This document shows, in pieces, positions 38,101-50,301 of a stretch of DNA of 64,000 nt (the stretch's first letter is position 1; every line of letters starts with the position of its first letter). Source of the stretch: an uncultured bacterium. Its GTDB lineage: Bacteria; Oederibacteriota; JAAXVQ01; JAUVAV01. The stretch covers positions 304,277 to 368,276 of the forward strand of contig CAVQBK010000001.1 in the NCBI GenBank assembly GCA_963710755.1. The letters are read 5' to 3'. The translations under genes were made by a program, and so were the position numbers. Under the pieces are notes generated by a model, which had not been told where the DNA came from, did no database searches, and saw nothing but the letters and a program-made list of their open reading frames with translations.

Positions 38101-41100
38101 TCCATGTGGGCGACGCTGTGACGGTTGCTGTAGGAGTTATTGAGGGCGTTGCCGTAGGAGATGCTGTTGGAGTTGACGTAAACGTCGCTGTTATTGTAGC
38201 TGTGGGCGTTATGGTCGGGGTTGGTGTATAGGTTGTCGGGACGGGCAGTGGATCGCCAAGCTTTAAATTATCAATATAAAATGAACCGGAACCGGTCTGG
38301 TCCGAATCGATCAGGAAGTCAATTTCCGATATCCGCCCGCGGTCCACCCGGCGCCAATCCAAATGGCTCAAATCAATACTTACAGCATGCCATCCATTGG
38401 AACCGGCCACATCTTGAGGTGCAGTTTCGTAGCTCTCATTCCCCAAATCATCGCGGAATTTAACCTTAACCGTATAAGTGCCTATAGTTTGGAAAGACAA
38501 CACATTGTCATAACGGAAATCATGGCGGTTATCGTCTTTATCCAAACCGGTTAAGCGCAATTCCGGATATTCTTCTCCCGGATTTTTAGTGTAATCCACT
38601 TTCAAAAGAGGGCTTAGATTACCATCAATATGGTCGGCCATGGTTAATGTATAAACCTGAGCTTGGTCTTCATTGCACCACAACCCATCAGGCCCTTCAC
38701 TGAAATCTGTGTATAAGCAGTCCTGTTCAAAGTCGTCAATAACGGCCAAGCTGGGTGTACCGACCGGTGTGGGAATAGGCGTAGCTACAGGTAAAGGCAA
38801 CGCATTCCCTAATTTTATATTATCCAGATAAAAAGTGCCTTTTCCCAAGTTTCCAGGTTCTACAAAAAAGATAACTTCCTTAATTTGACTGCGGTCCACC
38901 GATTTCCAATCCAGATATTGCAGATCCACATCCGCGTAACCCCATTGATAAGGAGAATAAACGTGCAATACATCGGAATCAGCGCTTTCCTGGCCGGCAC
39001 TATCCTTGAACTTGACAACCAGATCCACATTGCCCAGTATATGAATGCTTAATTTCATGTCTTGGCTGAAGTTATGGATATTATCCGATTTATTCAGATC
39101 AGTCAGACTAAAATAGGTCCACCGATCTTCTTCATTTTTTTTGTCATAATCCACTTCGACCGCACATCCATTGTTGCCACACAAATTGGTCTTAATGGAT
39201 AGCGTGTAAGCGCCGTTTTCAGGCTGGAACCAGTAACCGTCCCTGGAATTTGTTCCATCCTGGAGGGACCCGTCATTGTCCAAATCATCAATAATAAGAT
39301 TGGTTGGCTGCGGCGCCGTCACGGGGTCGGGCAAAGGCACGGCACTGCCCAATTTGAAATTGTCCAGATAAAACCTGCCTTTGGCTATGGTGCCGGGGGC
39401 TGCAAACACAATGATCTCTTTAATGGCGCCGCGATTGGCGTTTTTCCAGTCCATGCCATCCAAATCAAGGGTCACATTTTGCCATTGGTTGCTATTGCTA
39501 TTATGAAAGATGGGCGAGTCTCCTGTTTCCCGGCCATAAGTATCTTTAAACTTAACCAGCAGATCAACCTGGCCCAATACGTGAAAGGTAAGGCTGTGAT
39601 CAACCCTCAAGTCGCTTATATTCCCTTCATGATCGAGGCGGCCCAAACTAAGGTAAGCCCATTGATCGGTGATGAGTTTTTCATAGGTAACTTTAATGGC
39701 GGTGGATGCATTATTGGCAATATTGGTTGCGGTGTAAAAGTGGTAGACATCGCCATTGGACCCGCTCCACAAGGCGTCTGCTTGATCCGCGGCATCCTGG
39801 ATGGAAGCATCATTTTCCAAATTATCAATAACAGCTTCACTAGGATCGCGGTTGAGCGTTTCGGGGGTAATTCCCACATCAGTTGGGTGCACCACCACCT
39901 GATTGCCGGCTTTGTCAGTGGCGCTTATGCTGCAAGGGTACGTCCCCACCTTCATGGGAAATCCCTTGTTATCAAGGCCTTTCCAGGTCAAGGCATAATG
40001 GCCGCAAGGCTGGCCGGAGAACACCCATTTTCGCTGGTCAAAGCTCCCGGCATCGCCGATCAGCACTTCCACATCAGCCTGTTCGGAAAGGTCGTAACTG
40101 ATCACAGCTTGATCATCCACGCCGTCGCCATTGGGCGAGATACGGCTGGGCGTGATGGACATACGGCTGATCACGGGCGCGGTGGTATCCAGCACTACGG
40201 TTACAGCCCGGCTCGGGCTGCTTTGTTCCAGATTGCTGCCATAGCGCCTGGTGGCCACGGCCGTCAGCTGGTTAACACCTTCGACCAGGCCCACCTCGAG
40301 TTCAAAATGACCCTTTTCATCTGCTTGGGCCATCCCGGCCGAAGCCCCATTAACCCGGATTTCAACTGTTGCGCCGGCCTCGCTGGTACCGCTTACGGAA
40401 AGCCGGGTCTGATTGGTTTGCTCCGGCAGCGTATCCAAAACCGGCGCTTCAATTTTGGCCACAACCATGTATTCGGAAAAATGCGTGATGGGACAATCAA
40501 TCGCCGTAATGGTCACAGGCTCGGCATCGCTGGAAAGCTCTGTCCTGGGCGCCGGAATATCAAGCGATTCCAAGGTGCCGTCGGGTTTGAGGTAATAAAC
40601 ACCCAAAAGTCCGGGATCAATGCCCTGCATTTCCTCGGGCAGCATACGCACCGATAACCAGGCAGGATTTTGAGGATCAAAAGCAAGGCCATCGGGCTGC
40701 AATTTGTAAATCGATCCGATGGGCATGGGCTTATTGGGATCTGCGGTTATCGTATTGCTCATTGGATCAACTGCAGAAAGCGAGATAACAGGATCAGAAG
40801 GATTGTCTGGATCATAAGCCAATGATCCTGCCGGCACTTTAATATACGCTTTATTGCACGAAGCAGAGACATAGGACACGGAAGACGCGGCGGTCAGTAC
40901 TTTGGTCCCAATGGTAACCGTTCGCGTAGCTTCGATTGGTCCGGCGGCGTCTATGACCAACAATTTGATTTCATAGATTCCATTCAAATCGGTTACATCC
41001 CAATAACCTAAACCATCTTCTATACTTTTGGGTGTGGTGTAAACTTGATTGATTGGCTTCCAAGCTGTCTCTCCAGATTTTCGATAATATAAACTGTAAT

Positions 41101-44100
41101 TGATAAAGCCTTCCCCAGACGAGCTGGTTTTGCCACGGATTTCAACAAACCGTCGGGGGGCGCTGTTTTTATTTAACTTGATTCCAAAATTATCATTAAG
41201 ATCCCAAGCATTGGAGATAGCCGGATCCGGATTGATATCAAGATTGGCATTATAAGATAGCCGCTTATCGGTCGTGAAATCCCTGTTCGCGCCTTGATAT
41301 TGTCCGGGATAAGCATAATCTACATGCCAGCCTTTATCCGGATCATCCGCTTTGACCACAACATAGGGATTATCTTGGGCAGGCTGACCCGATGATTTCC
41401 AGAAAGTATATTTACGTTTGATATTATCCGCGGCGCTCATATCCACGTCTGGATAATAATCCGAAAAAGTAATTGACGGTGTGTGCGTGATAAAATTACT
41501 GTAAGACATATTGCTGTTAAACTCAACCAAGCTTTGCCCAAAAGATTGCCCGCTGTTGGTTAAAGCGCTGTCATCGGATGTTGACCATTCCTCACGACTA
41601 GTGACATCCGTGGTGACAATGGCCTGATCCCCCTGGAAATCAACTTGCATATGGGGATTACTGCTGCTTGCCGTGTATTTGGGATCCGAAAAACCTGCAA
41701 AATCAGGATCCCCTGGCGTAGTAAAACGAGCGGTTAAATTGCCGCTTTTTACTTGCTTGCCATGATAAATTTCCCGATCAGTGCTCTGCCAATGATCTGG
41801 ATTATTTAAATCTAAGGTAAAAGTTGATGACCATGGATTAGTTGGCGGAATATAGCGGTTCTCGGCCACTAATGTACCTGAAAAGGTGTTCCCATTTTGA
41901 ACCAGATTTTTAATAGTGGTTACAATGTCAGGATTATTGTCAAAATCGTTACTGCCGGGGTAATAAGTGTCAGGTTCAGCGTAAATAAATAATGGATGAA
42001 GTATTGTTCCACCGTGATTCGGTTGCAAAATAAGATTAAATGCAATTTCTTCAGTTTGAAAGGGGCGTACTGTTGTTGTGCCTTGTTTAATAACTTCAAC
42101 GCCGCTAACAGTTCCCTTTACATACCAAGTAAATTTAACTTCATCCGGTTCCATCGGAAACCAGTTTCTTGCCAATGTACCATCAAAATAGTATAAAAAT
42201 CGATAGACAAAAGCACTGGCAGAAAAACCGTCCCTTCTCGGATGTACATCTAATCCAAATCGCCCGTCACGATTATCCTCTGTAACATTTATTTTGTTTT
42301 CCATTCCAGCTATACATTTTCCGACAGCTAAAAGGTCCGGCATATCAACTTTATATATGGCCGGCATTTCATCAAAGACTACATTAAAATCCACATCACA
42401 ATATACCCATTTAGTATCCCTAAAAATATAATTATCATTACCCAACCCGGTATTGCAATTGCTGTTGGAGTGATCATGATGAATACTTCCTTTCCAACTA
42501 GTACTATAGCGTTGACCTTCATTTTCACCATCGCCGCGATGGCCAAACTTATATCCAGATAATGTTACTTCCTCTTTGGCCCTTGCTTTAATAGTATAAT
42601 TTATCCCAAGATTACTGTCACTCAAATCATTAAGTTGCCCATGCACCGTCACATTGATGCCGCCAGTTTGCGGCGAATGATAATAACCTTCGGCTGTTGC
42701 ATTCCAGTTGACCAATGTATTTCCGGTTGTATTGGCATTGTCAACCGGAGCTGTAATAACCGCAGTATGGCCTGCGCCAGATGATGCGGTAATCAGCAGT
42801 GGCGCGACCGCTTCATCTTGGCTCTGGTCATCCGTGGCAGTCGCTTTCATTCTCCACTGATAGAAGCCTTCAGTTGACCTTGTCCATGTGGTCGTTTGCA
42901 GGGTGTTTCCAGATATTGGATTGGTGATGGATAAGGTATCAACAACCGCATTGGCGGTGTTGACCAGTTCCAGGACAACATTAGATTCCTTGGAAACCAT
43001 ATAAGAGATGGACATCGTGGTGCCTGGAGGCACACAATTGGGTTCCACTCTAAAATCTTTGATGGCGACGGGCTGAGCAAGGGTTTGTGTAATTTCAAAA
43101 TCAACCTGCTGTTTACCCAGTCCCATATGATCATCATCCCTGGCGATCATTTCCAGGCGATAACTGCCACTGGGCGCATAATCCGTGCCGAGCGTATTTT
43201 TGCCATCCCAGGTCGTGGCAATATTGCCTGTCTTTTCAAACCAACGGTGGTGATACACCACTGGTCCATAATCATTGGCAGCCAGATTATCCATTCGATA
43301 AATATTCAATGTCACTGAGCATAATTTTCCATTATCCTGGGTTAAATCAGCATTGATGTTCATATATGCATTTTGAAAATCAATATTAAAGACATGGCCC
43401 GCAACCGGTGCAACCACAGCCACGGCAGGCGAGGTCGTATCTATCATTTTATTGATCACAACTTCCTTATAATCAAAGCTGCTATGCCCCGACTTATCTT
43501 TTGTCACCAACATTAGCGTATAATCAGCGCCGTCGGTTAAGGCCGAAGTATTCCAATCACCAAGAACACTATTCACCACGGCCCTTTCACTGCAGTTACT
43601 TGCAGGATAGAGGCTATCTTGGGCGTTTTGATTTACAGGAGGCACGGGTACTGGATGCCAGATCGTGGTGTCCGGATTCAAGGGATTATTTTGAAGATTA
43701 CTGAAATCCACGTTTTTCCCTTCTCTGTACCATAAATAATAATTATCAAAATCGCTCGGATCATCAATTCCAGGATCAAGTGCCGTGCCCGTGACAATCA
43801 CCGTATTACCCACTGTTTGGACTGCCGCTGGATAAGTTATTTTGGCTGGAACTTGATTCTTAATGACGGTCACTGTCCTGAAACTGGTATTACCCACTGA
43901 ATCAGTACTGGTCAGCCGGACTTCATAAATCCCGTCACTCACATAGACATCACCAGAAGACTTGCCGTCCCAAGTAAAATGACCGCTCAATCCTTGGGTA
44001 TTGTCCGAATAAGTTCTCACAACTTGGTTCAGGGTATTGCGGATATCCAGCTCAACATCCGCTGCTTGTGCCAACTCATAGGATATGGTTGCAGTATCCC

Positions 44101-46471
44101 TATTACCATCTTGATTCTCCGGCGTGAAAAGTTGATTGTCGACCATCAGACTGGTAATTTCCGCGGGGGTGCGGTCAATGGTGAAATCAGGAATAGTTTG
44201 ATCCAAGGTAATGTTTCCGGCGCTGTCCTTTACGGTAAAGGTGCCGCTATAGTCACCGTCAGGCATGTATTCACCCAGGGCGTCTTTTCCATCCCATGCC
44301 ATCGCCAAGGTGGTATTGCTACCGGGCGTAACGGTCATGGTTTTTGTAACCGTGATGGTATTGCCTATGCCATCAAAGCGAGCAGTGACGACCACCTCCC
44401 GGCAATAGTTTTCTAAAGTATCAAAACTCAAATTCATGCTGCTGTCACTACTGGTAAATGTATCCGGATATGCTCCGGACGAACTTCGGATGGTTATATT
44501 ACTGATTTGCGGCGAGCTAAAATCAACAAACAGATCATAACTTGCCGAGCCTGTCTGATAGGCTTGATCCACGGCCTGAATATTAAATGTATACGCGCCT
44601 TCCAGCAAATCACCTCCCCAGAGGACGCTGTTTTGACTGCTGGTTGGAAAGTAATCCTGTGCCGGCCATGATCGCACAATCTCACCTTTGTCATTGGTGA
44701 TATTCATGGTCAGGTTATTAATGAAATCCGATGCTTCATCCACTCTGTAAGTGATGTTCACCTGGTCCTTATAGCCATCTCCATCCGGGAAAAAGGATTT
44801 TGATCAAAGGCAATATTAAAAACAGGCGGATTTTTATCTATGGTAAATTGATGAAGCCTCTCCGGAGGACCTTCTGTTCCTATGCTTTCCGGATGGGTGA
44901 CACGGTTACCGGTCACATCAGTTGCTTCCAAATAATACTTAACAATGGTGCCTTCCGGTAAATTCGGGGATATCGGCCAAAAAATTGAATTCATCGCCAT
45001 ATATTTCTGGCGCATCATTTCTATACATACTTATTGAATTCCAATTGCTCCCATCGTCTGTTGAATAATACAACTTTCGCGTGTTTTCCTGCCACCATTG
45101 CGTCCAATCACCCTGGTCATCACTATCAGGATACGGCGCGTCCAGATCAAGAATGTATGATTTCACTTTATACGGACCGGTTGCCTGAAAAGGCGCGAGC
45201 GGTGTAAAATCGATGAAAGGCTGGTAGGTAATGGTATCAAATCGATACCCAGGCAAACTTGCCAAGTTTTTGAAACTCATAAGGGGAATGTCACTGTTAA
45301 GATAATTCTTGGGTGCGCCGAATATGATGTGATTTTCAGTAGTTGTGCTGGCCATGATGTCCGCATTAGAATCAATATTGGACTTGCTGATAAAAATATC
45401 ATGCACAATATTTTCCGACCAATTACCGGCTCTGTCCCTGGCTTTGGCGATAATCTGGTATTCCCCGGAATACTCGACTGTATTCAAATCCCATTGCACG
45501 GCGTATTCCGGCAACTCCATTGGCACCTGGTCATTGGCGTAATAGAAAATGATATTGCCGGCGCTATCACGCACAGGATTGCCGTTCGCATCCTGATAGG
45601 TATAGACCTTGCCGATCAAACTATCATTACCCGCTTTGTCCCTAAGCCAAAACTCCACCTTATAAATCCCCGATCCGTTTTCACCATCCGTGGCCGTGGC
45701 GCGCAGGGTATAGTTGGTGTTTTCGGTTAACGATATGAATTCATTATTGGTAGGAGAGGTGATCACAGCCTCAGGTTTTGCAGTTGTTGGATAACCTTCA
45801 GAATCAATTAACCGCATTCTAGTATCAGCGGTTTGTATATGCCATTGACTATAGGGGAAAAATATCCAAAATTCAAAAAAGCCTCCCACAAGCCCTATAT
45901 GTGACAATTCTGCATCTACCCACTTGTTGGTTCCCCAAAAACCGCAACCGTCATCTGCCAGAAGTAAACAACGGCCCGGTCCATTGGGTGTCACATCATA
46001 ACCTGCAACTTCATAAGCCTTCTCGACCAGACCAGCGCAATTCCATCGATCCATTCCTTTTTGTTCTGGATAGGGATTCATGATATTGTAATAATCAGTA
46101 TAATTTTTACCTAACTGATCATATGCAAATTTACATATCCTTTTTCTGCTGATTGAAGGTAATAGTCCCCTAATGGTGTACGCACCATGATAGGTAATGC
46201 CACTTTCATTATAATCCACTTTGTATAAATGATTTAAACCCTTTTTATCGTCATGAAATCCCGGCGGCCCCGCTTCAATTGCCCAATCATGTCCATCTTC
46301 ATCAGCACCTATAAACAGCATGGCATGTCCGGGCTGAAATGCTCCGTAAAAATCAGCCATGCCCCACATATTCCCGCCTGATGTATACATAATATCACTA
46401 ACTTCTTTTCCAGAGACACTTGTGGTGCAAAGAGTTAAGAATATAACAAAAGCTACTTGTTTAATATTCAT
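35189..46471 (-). CDS. Giant secreted protein (about 3,760 aa, two compensating indels): permuted papain-like NlpC/P60 amidase, Ig/FlgD-Ig repeats, ZU5-like HFS module, four CBM-like domains, Thr/Pro linker, NHL propeller, C-terminal FlgD-Ig
   Basis: ORFs 44939..46600, 44758..45018 and 35189..44761 join on removing one C near 44968 (DIPNLPEG) and adding one C near 44788 (restores FSPDGDG). [23 protein letters not shown]; WDGK repeats; four FYxDN.K/V.G repeats. Start MNIKQVAF at 46471. Confidence 0.85.
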
Positions 46472-46472
46472 A

Positions 46473-47189
46473 CTACTCACTTTTTTTAAATTCCTTCTTG
46501 AAATAATTAATTGTTTTATGAACTTCTTGACTTTTATCATTTTCAAATTGCCTATAAAACTCCATTGCTTCACTTTGTTTGGTATTTTTATTGTCTGCAT
46601 ATAACCCTACTACGACGATTATATGCTCTCTAAGTATTTCACTAGGTATTGAGGCAGGATCGATAGTTGACAGGTATTCGAAAAAATGATCTCCAAGCGC
46701 CGCAAGTAGACGTGAAATGATCTCGCCTTCAAAATTATAATATTGCTTCCGCTCATAGGCCAACCTGAGATCAGCTAGAAGCATTTCAAAATAGTGCTGT
46801 ATTTTTTTATCCGATATGTTTTTAAACAACAACGATTTATCTACCTCTTGCTTTTGCATAACTTCCAAAGCTATAAGACCTAAAAGCCTGCGCCGGAAAT
46901 TATTTTCTCGTAAATATTTTTCAAACTGTGTTTTTTTCATTTTTTTGAATTTCATGAATTCTTTTATAATATCCTGTTGAAATTGTACGACGTCATGATC
47001 TTCTTTTTTGATTTTTATCAAGAGCAATCCTTTGGATAATTCTTTTTTTTCAAACAGATAATCTTTTTCGCTATTATTGTCTACTGTGCTTATGTTCTTA
47101 TTCTTTCCCGAATTACTCATCCCCATAACCGGATTGAGGATCATGGTCAATAGCACCATCAATTTGATCACTCTGCTTATCTTCTTCAT
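46473..47189 (-). CDS. Secreted alpha-helical (HEAT-like) protein, candidate immunity/partner of the downstream amidase
   Basis: Signal peptide; homologous to 47556..48293 (LADLRLAYERKQYY vs IIDLHWAVNRQTYW); stop 1 nt before the giant gene start. Confidence 0.7.
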   Translation of the reverse strand: MKKISRVIKLMVLLTMILNPVMGMSNSGKNKNISTVDNNSEKDYLFEKKELSKGLLLIKIKKEDHDVVQFQQDIIKEFMKFKKMKKTQFEKYLRENNFRRRLLGLIALEVMQKQEVDKSLLFKNISDKKIQHYFEMLLADLRLAYERKQYYNFEGEIISRLLAALGDHFFEYLSTIDPASIPSEILREHIIVVVGLYADNKNTKQSEAMEFYRQFENDKSQEVHKTINYFKKEFKKSE

Positions 47190-47279
47190 ATTTTCATCTC
47201 TCTTTCCTCAAGGTTTCCACCTTGCTTATCTCGATTTTCGTTGGAATAAATATTAAAATATTAAATCAAAAAACCAACG

Positions 47280-47555
47280 TCACGCCTGCATAGGCATTAA
47301 TGGTATTATAGGACCGGCCTCAATTACCCATTCATCTCCATTTTCATCGGCACCTAAATAAATCATGGTGTGGCCGGGATATTTCATTGCCGCATATACA
47401 TCGGACCACCCCCACATCATGCTATAAGTCAGGTCTAAAGCACCCCCGAATAAATCAGGCCCTCCTTTCTGGTACATTAAATCACCCACTTCTTTTGCGG
47501 CAGCGGCATAGGAAAATGATATTAGACAAATAAATATCAATGCTAATTTTTTCAT
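47280..47555 (-). pseudogene. Truncated N-terminus of a second permuted papain-like amidase protein, joined to a remnant of a beta-barrel gene
   Basis: KEVGDLMY..GG...PGHTMIYLGADENGDEWVIEAGP matches the 46471 N-terminus but stops before the catalytic Cys; 47266..47308 encodes NTINAYAGVTLVF* in another frame. Confidence 0.82.
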
Positions 47556-48293
47556 TTAATTTTCCTCAGCTGGTAATTTTTGTAATATTTCGTTGGCTAT
47601 TTTTCTCACATCAATATTGCTGCTTTGTGATAGTGGTTTAATAATTTTCGCAACTCGTTCGGCATATTGTTTTTTTGAGTCTGCAATACTTTCCAGGGCC
47701 CACATTAAATTTGGTTTCAAATCATCATCTTTATACTTTTCCAAGCTGTGGGTTTCAAAGTAACTCACCAATTGGCCATCAAGAGCTTCAAATATTGCTA
47801 ATAATAACTGCCTTGCAATATCCCAATATGTTTGTCTGTTAACAGCCCAATGTAAATCTATGATTAATTTATCAATTGCTTGGTCCCATCCTTTTTCACT
47901 ATCGTGAGCTAATGTAATCGTGTTCTTTTCTTTCCAATTTGTACGAACATTGTAATAAAAATAGGCCAGGACTCTTTCTTGATAATTTTTAGAACTAATT
48001 TTCTTCTTTAATTGCTCCGGCTTCAGTTTGAGCATTTTTTTTTGTTTTTCCCAGGCATCAGTTCTATTAGTAAGACCGTTCACGATTTGAGGATCTGCTT
48101 TTAGGTCAGTTTGGTTATTAGGAAGTGCTTCAAATATCAACCCTCTGGTGCCCACTATCTCAATCTTGCCATCTTTATTAACAACAAAATCTTGTTGTTT
48201 GTTACTTTTATCAACATTTTTGCCCATGGCAATGGCAAAATTACATATTCCAAGCATGATGATCAAACCAACCACCCCAATTAGCCTTTTCAT
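47556..48293 (-). CDS. Secreted alpha-helical (HEAT-like) protein, candidate immunity/partner
   Basis: Signal peptide; ends NIDVRKIANEIL; stop directly abuts the ATG of the truncated amidase. Confidence 0.7.
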   Translation of the reverse strand: MKRLIGVVGLIIMLGICNFAIAMGKNVDKSNKQQDFVVNKDGKIEIVGTRGLIFEALPNNQTDLKADPQIVNGLTNRTDAWEKQKKMLKLKPEQLKKKISSKNYQERVLAYFYYNVRTNWKEKNTITLAHDSEKGWDQAIDKLIIDLHWAVNRQTYWDIARQLLLAIFEALDGQLVSYFETHSLEKYKDDDLKPNLMWALESIADSKKQYAERVAKIIKPLSQSSNIDVRKIANEILQKLPAEEN

Positions 48294-48326
48294 TTTCGAT
48301 TCTCTCTTTCTTTAAGATTTATTAAA

Positions 48327-50282
48327 TTAAAATATCAACTTCACCCCTGCATAGGCATCAATGGTATTAAATGGATCATTGGAAATATTGTAAGACAATG
48401 GCTGCAATTCCTCGATCTTGCGGATATATTGATCATGCCTGAATAAAAGTTCAACACTGAAAGCTTTACCAAGATATATTCCCGCGCCTAGATTGATTTG
48501 ATTTTGAAGGTCTTGTTTTTTGTAATTGTAACCATCATTATTCATGTCAAAAGGGTAATCTTTGACATACAAGGCATACCCGCCCCGAATGGCGAGCATG
48601 GGAATAAGCCAAATTTCGATGCCTGCCTTAATCGTTTTGGCAGTGTACTTTGCACTGGCATCCCATTGATAATAATTGTAAGAAGGATCGTTATATATCT
48701 CATGATAGGCTACTTGGGCCCATTCGTACTGTAAAGCTACATTAATTTTTCTATTCCAGAATTCTCCGCCTAGGCCTATCTGCAAAGGTGATGTACTAAT
48801 GCTTTTATTGAAGTTACCATCGGATGAGATGATTTGCTGAACGCTCAACTCATCCCGCAACGAATAACTTATCCCTGCCAACAAGGTTGTGGACTCATTT
48901 ATATCAACCATTGCTTTTATGCCCGGCATCAATTTGTACTCATTGGTTTTGCGGTATCCCGGAATGTCGTTTTTTTCAATAACAATTCCACTTAAGGAAT
49001 AAGCCCAGGCTTTTGAATAATCCATTATAAATTCACTTTTCCGATCAATTTGTCTGGTCTTGTAATCAAATAAAATACCGGCGGTAATAGACTTGTTCCA
49101 ATCCCAAATTAACTCCGCACTGGTTTTAAAGGGTTTGATAACGAATTCATTCGATTCATGGGTCCACCAGGTATCTTCCTGAAAAGTCAGGCCATAATCT
49201 CCAAATGGTTCCTCCCCGTCATCATATCCTGATGCCAGGCTTGCCGGCCTTGGTTTTTCCTGATCAGAACCAATCGAAAAACCCATCGTCAAAGTATTAA
49301 GATGATTAATGACATTGGATTGATACGACGTGGATAGGCTCCAGGCAACATTGGCGCCCTCTGCTTTTAAGCCAATAGCAGAATCTCCGCCATAAAGATC
49401 GTTTTTTCCAAACAATCGTGAATACCCTAGTTCTCCTCCCCAAGCCAAACCCACCTTGGATTGGTAAGCCATTCCTACTTTGGCACCCAGGATGTAATTG
49501 TAAAATTCATAGTCTTCATAACGCGGATGTATACGAAACATATCTGCTTGGGGTTCCACTTTCAATACCAAACGATCATTTAACCATAAGATAATTTCAG
49601 AATCTTGACCTTGCGGATGCCCCAGCAAAAATCCTGTTCCCTCAACCTGTCTTGAATAAATGTTGACCGAATTATTCCAGTTATCATACAGTGGCAATAT
49701 ATCAAAAGCCTTATTATTCCAGCCGCTTATACCGATTTCCATGTAGCTTTCTCTTGGTTCAAACATGATCCCGGAAAAATTGTGATGATTAAATACTGAT
49801 AGTTCAGTACTTCGGTCATTTATGGCCAAATTGGCATCAGCCATGGCCATAACACGCGCTCGTGATCTAATGCCATAACGGGTACTATTGTTTGATGATG
49901 AAGCTTGATGAATTTCCCCTTCGACGTCCGAATCCTGTTGTTCGTGAAACTGGTTAGGGTCATCTTCGAATTCGCTAGCCAGTTTGGCCTCATCTCCCAA
50001 AACATATTCTATTTTATATTTTTGACGTATATCAGCTTTACTGATGTCAATAACTTCGCCTTCTTCCGGCCTGATCTTGGCCATCGTAGAAAACAAACTT
50101 GCCGGCATTAAATATTGCGTTCGCGAAGGTCCCTGGTAAAAAAATATATAGTCCTCTGTTGTATTGTCCTTGTCGATTTTTATATTTACTATTACCGCGC
50201 CGGAATGAAGCACAATAAAATCAGCATAACTTAACCCCGATATCAAAAATACGACGCCTAATAAAATCCAGAACTTTTTCAC
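48327..50282 (-). CDS. Outer-membrane beta-barrel protein with small N-terminal domain
   Basis: GTG at 50282 with GGAGG RBS (VKKFWILLGVVFLISGLSYA); amphipathic strands, AIRGGY, terminal YAGVKLIF. Confidence 0.75.
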   Translation of the reverse strand: MKKFWILLGVVFLISGLSYADFIVLHSGAVIVNIKIDKDNTTEDYIFFYQGPSRTQYLMPASLFSTMAKIRPEEGEVIDISKADIRQKYKIEYVLGDEAKLASEFEDDPNQFHEQQDSDVEGEIHQASSSNNSTRYGIRSRARVMAMADANLAINDRSTELSVFNHHNFSGIMFEPRESYMEIGISGWNNKAFDILPLYDNWNNSVNIYSRQVEGTGFLLGHPQGQDSEIILWLNDRLVLKVEPQADMFRIHPRYEDYEFYNYILGAKVGMAYQSKVGLAWGGELGYSRLFGKNDLYGGDSAIGLKAEGANVAWSLSTSYQSNVINHLNTLTMGFSIGSDQEKPRPASLASGYDDGEEPFGDYGLTFQEDTWWTHESNEFVIKPFKTSAELIWDWNKSITAGILFDYKTRQIDRKSEFIMDYSKAWAYSLSGIVIEKNDIPGYRKTNEYKLMPGIKAMVDINESTTLLAGISYSLRDELSVQQIISSDGNFNKSISTSPLQIGLGGEFWNRKINVALQYEWAQVAYHEIYNDPSYNYYQWDASAKYTAKTIKAGIEIWLIPMLAIRGGYALYVKDYPFDMNNDGYNYKKQDLQNQINLGAGIYLGKAFSVELLFRHDQYIRKIEELQPLSYNISNDPFNTIDAYAGVKLIF

Positions 50283-50301
50283 GATTTCCCTCCGGTATTT
50301 T

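Noticed and set aside
38000-38240. Thr/Pro-rich low-complexity tracts (also 53550..53670, 60650..60870, 62815..63030) as DNA repeat elements
   Set aside because: Codon-degenerate protein linkers, common in secreted proteins
26448-40657. Long plus-strand ORFs (26448..27332, 36146..37060, 39479..40657) and similar short ones
   Set aside because: Antisense shadows of well-supported minus-strand genes, with no recognisable motifs
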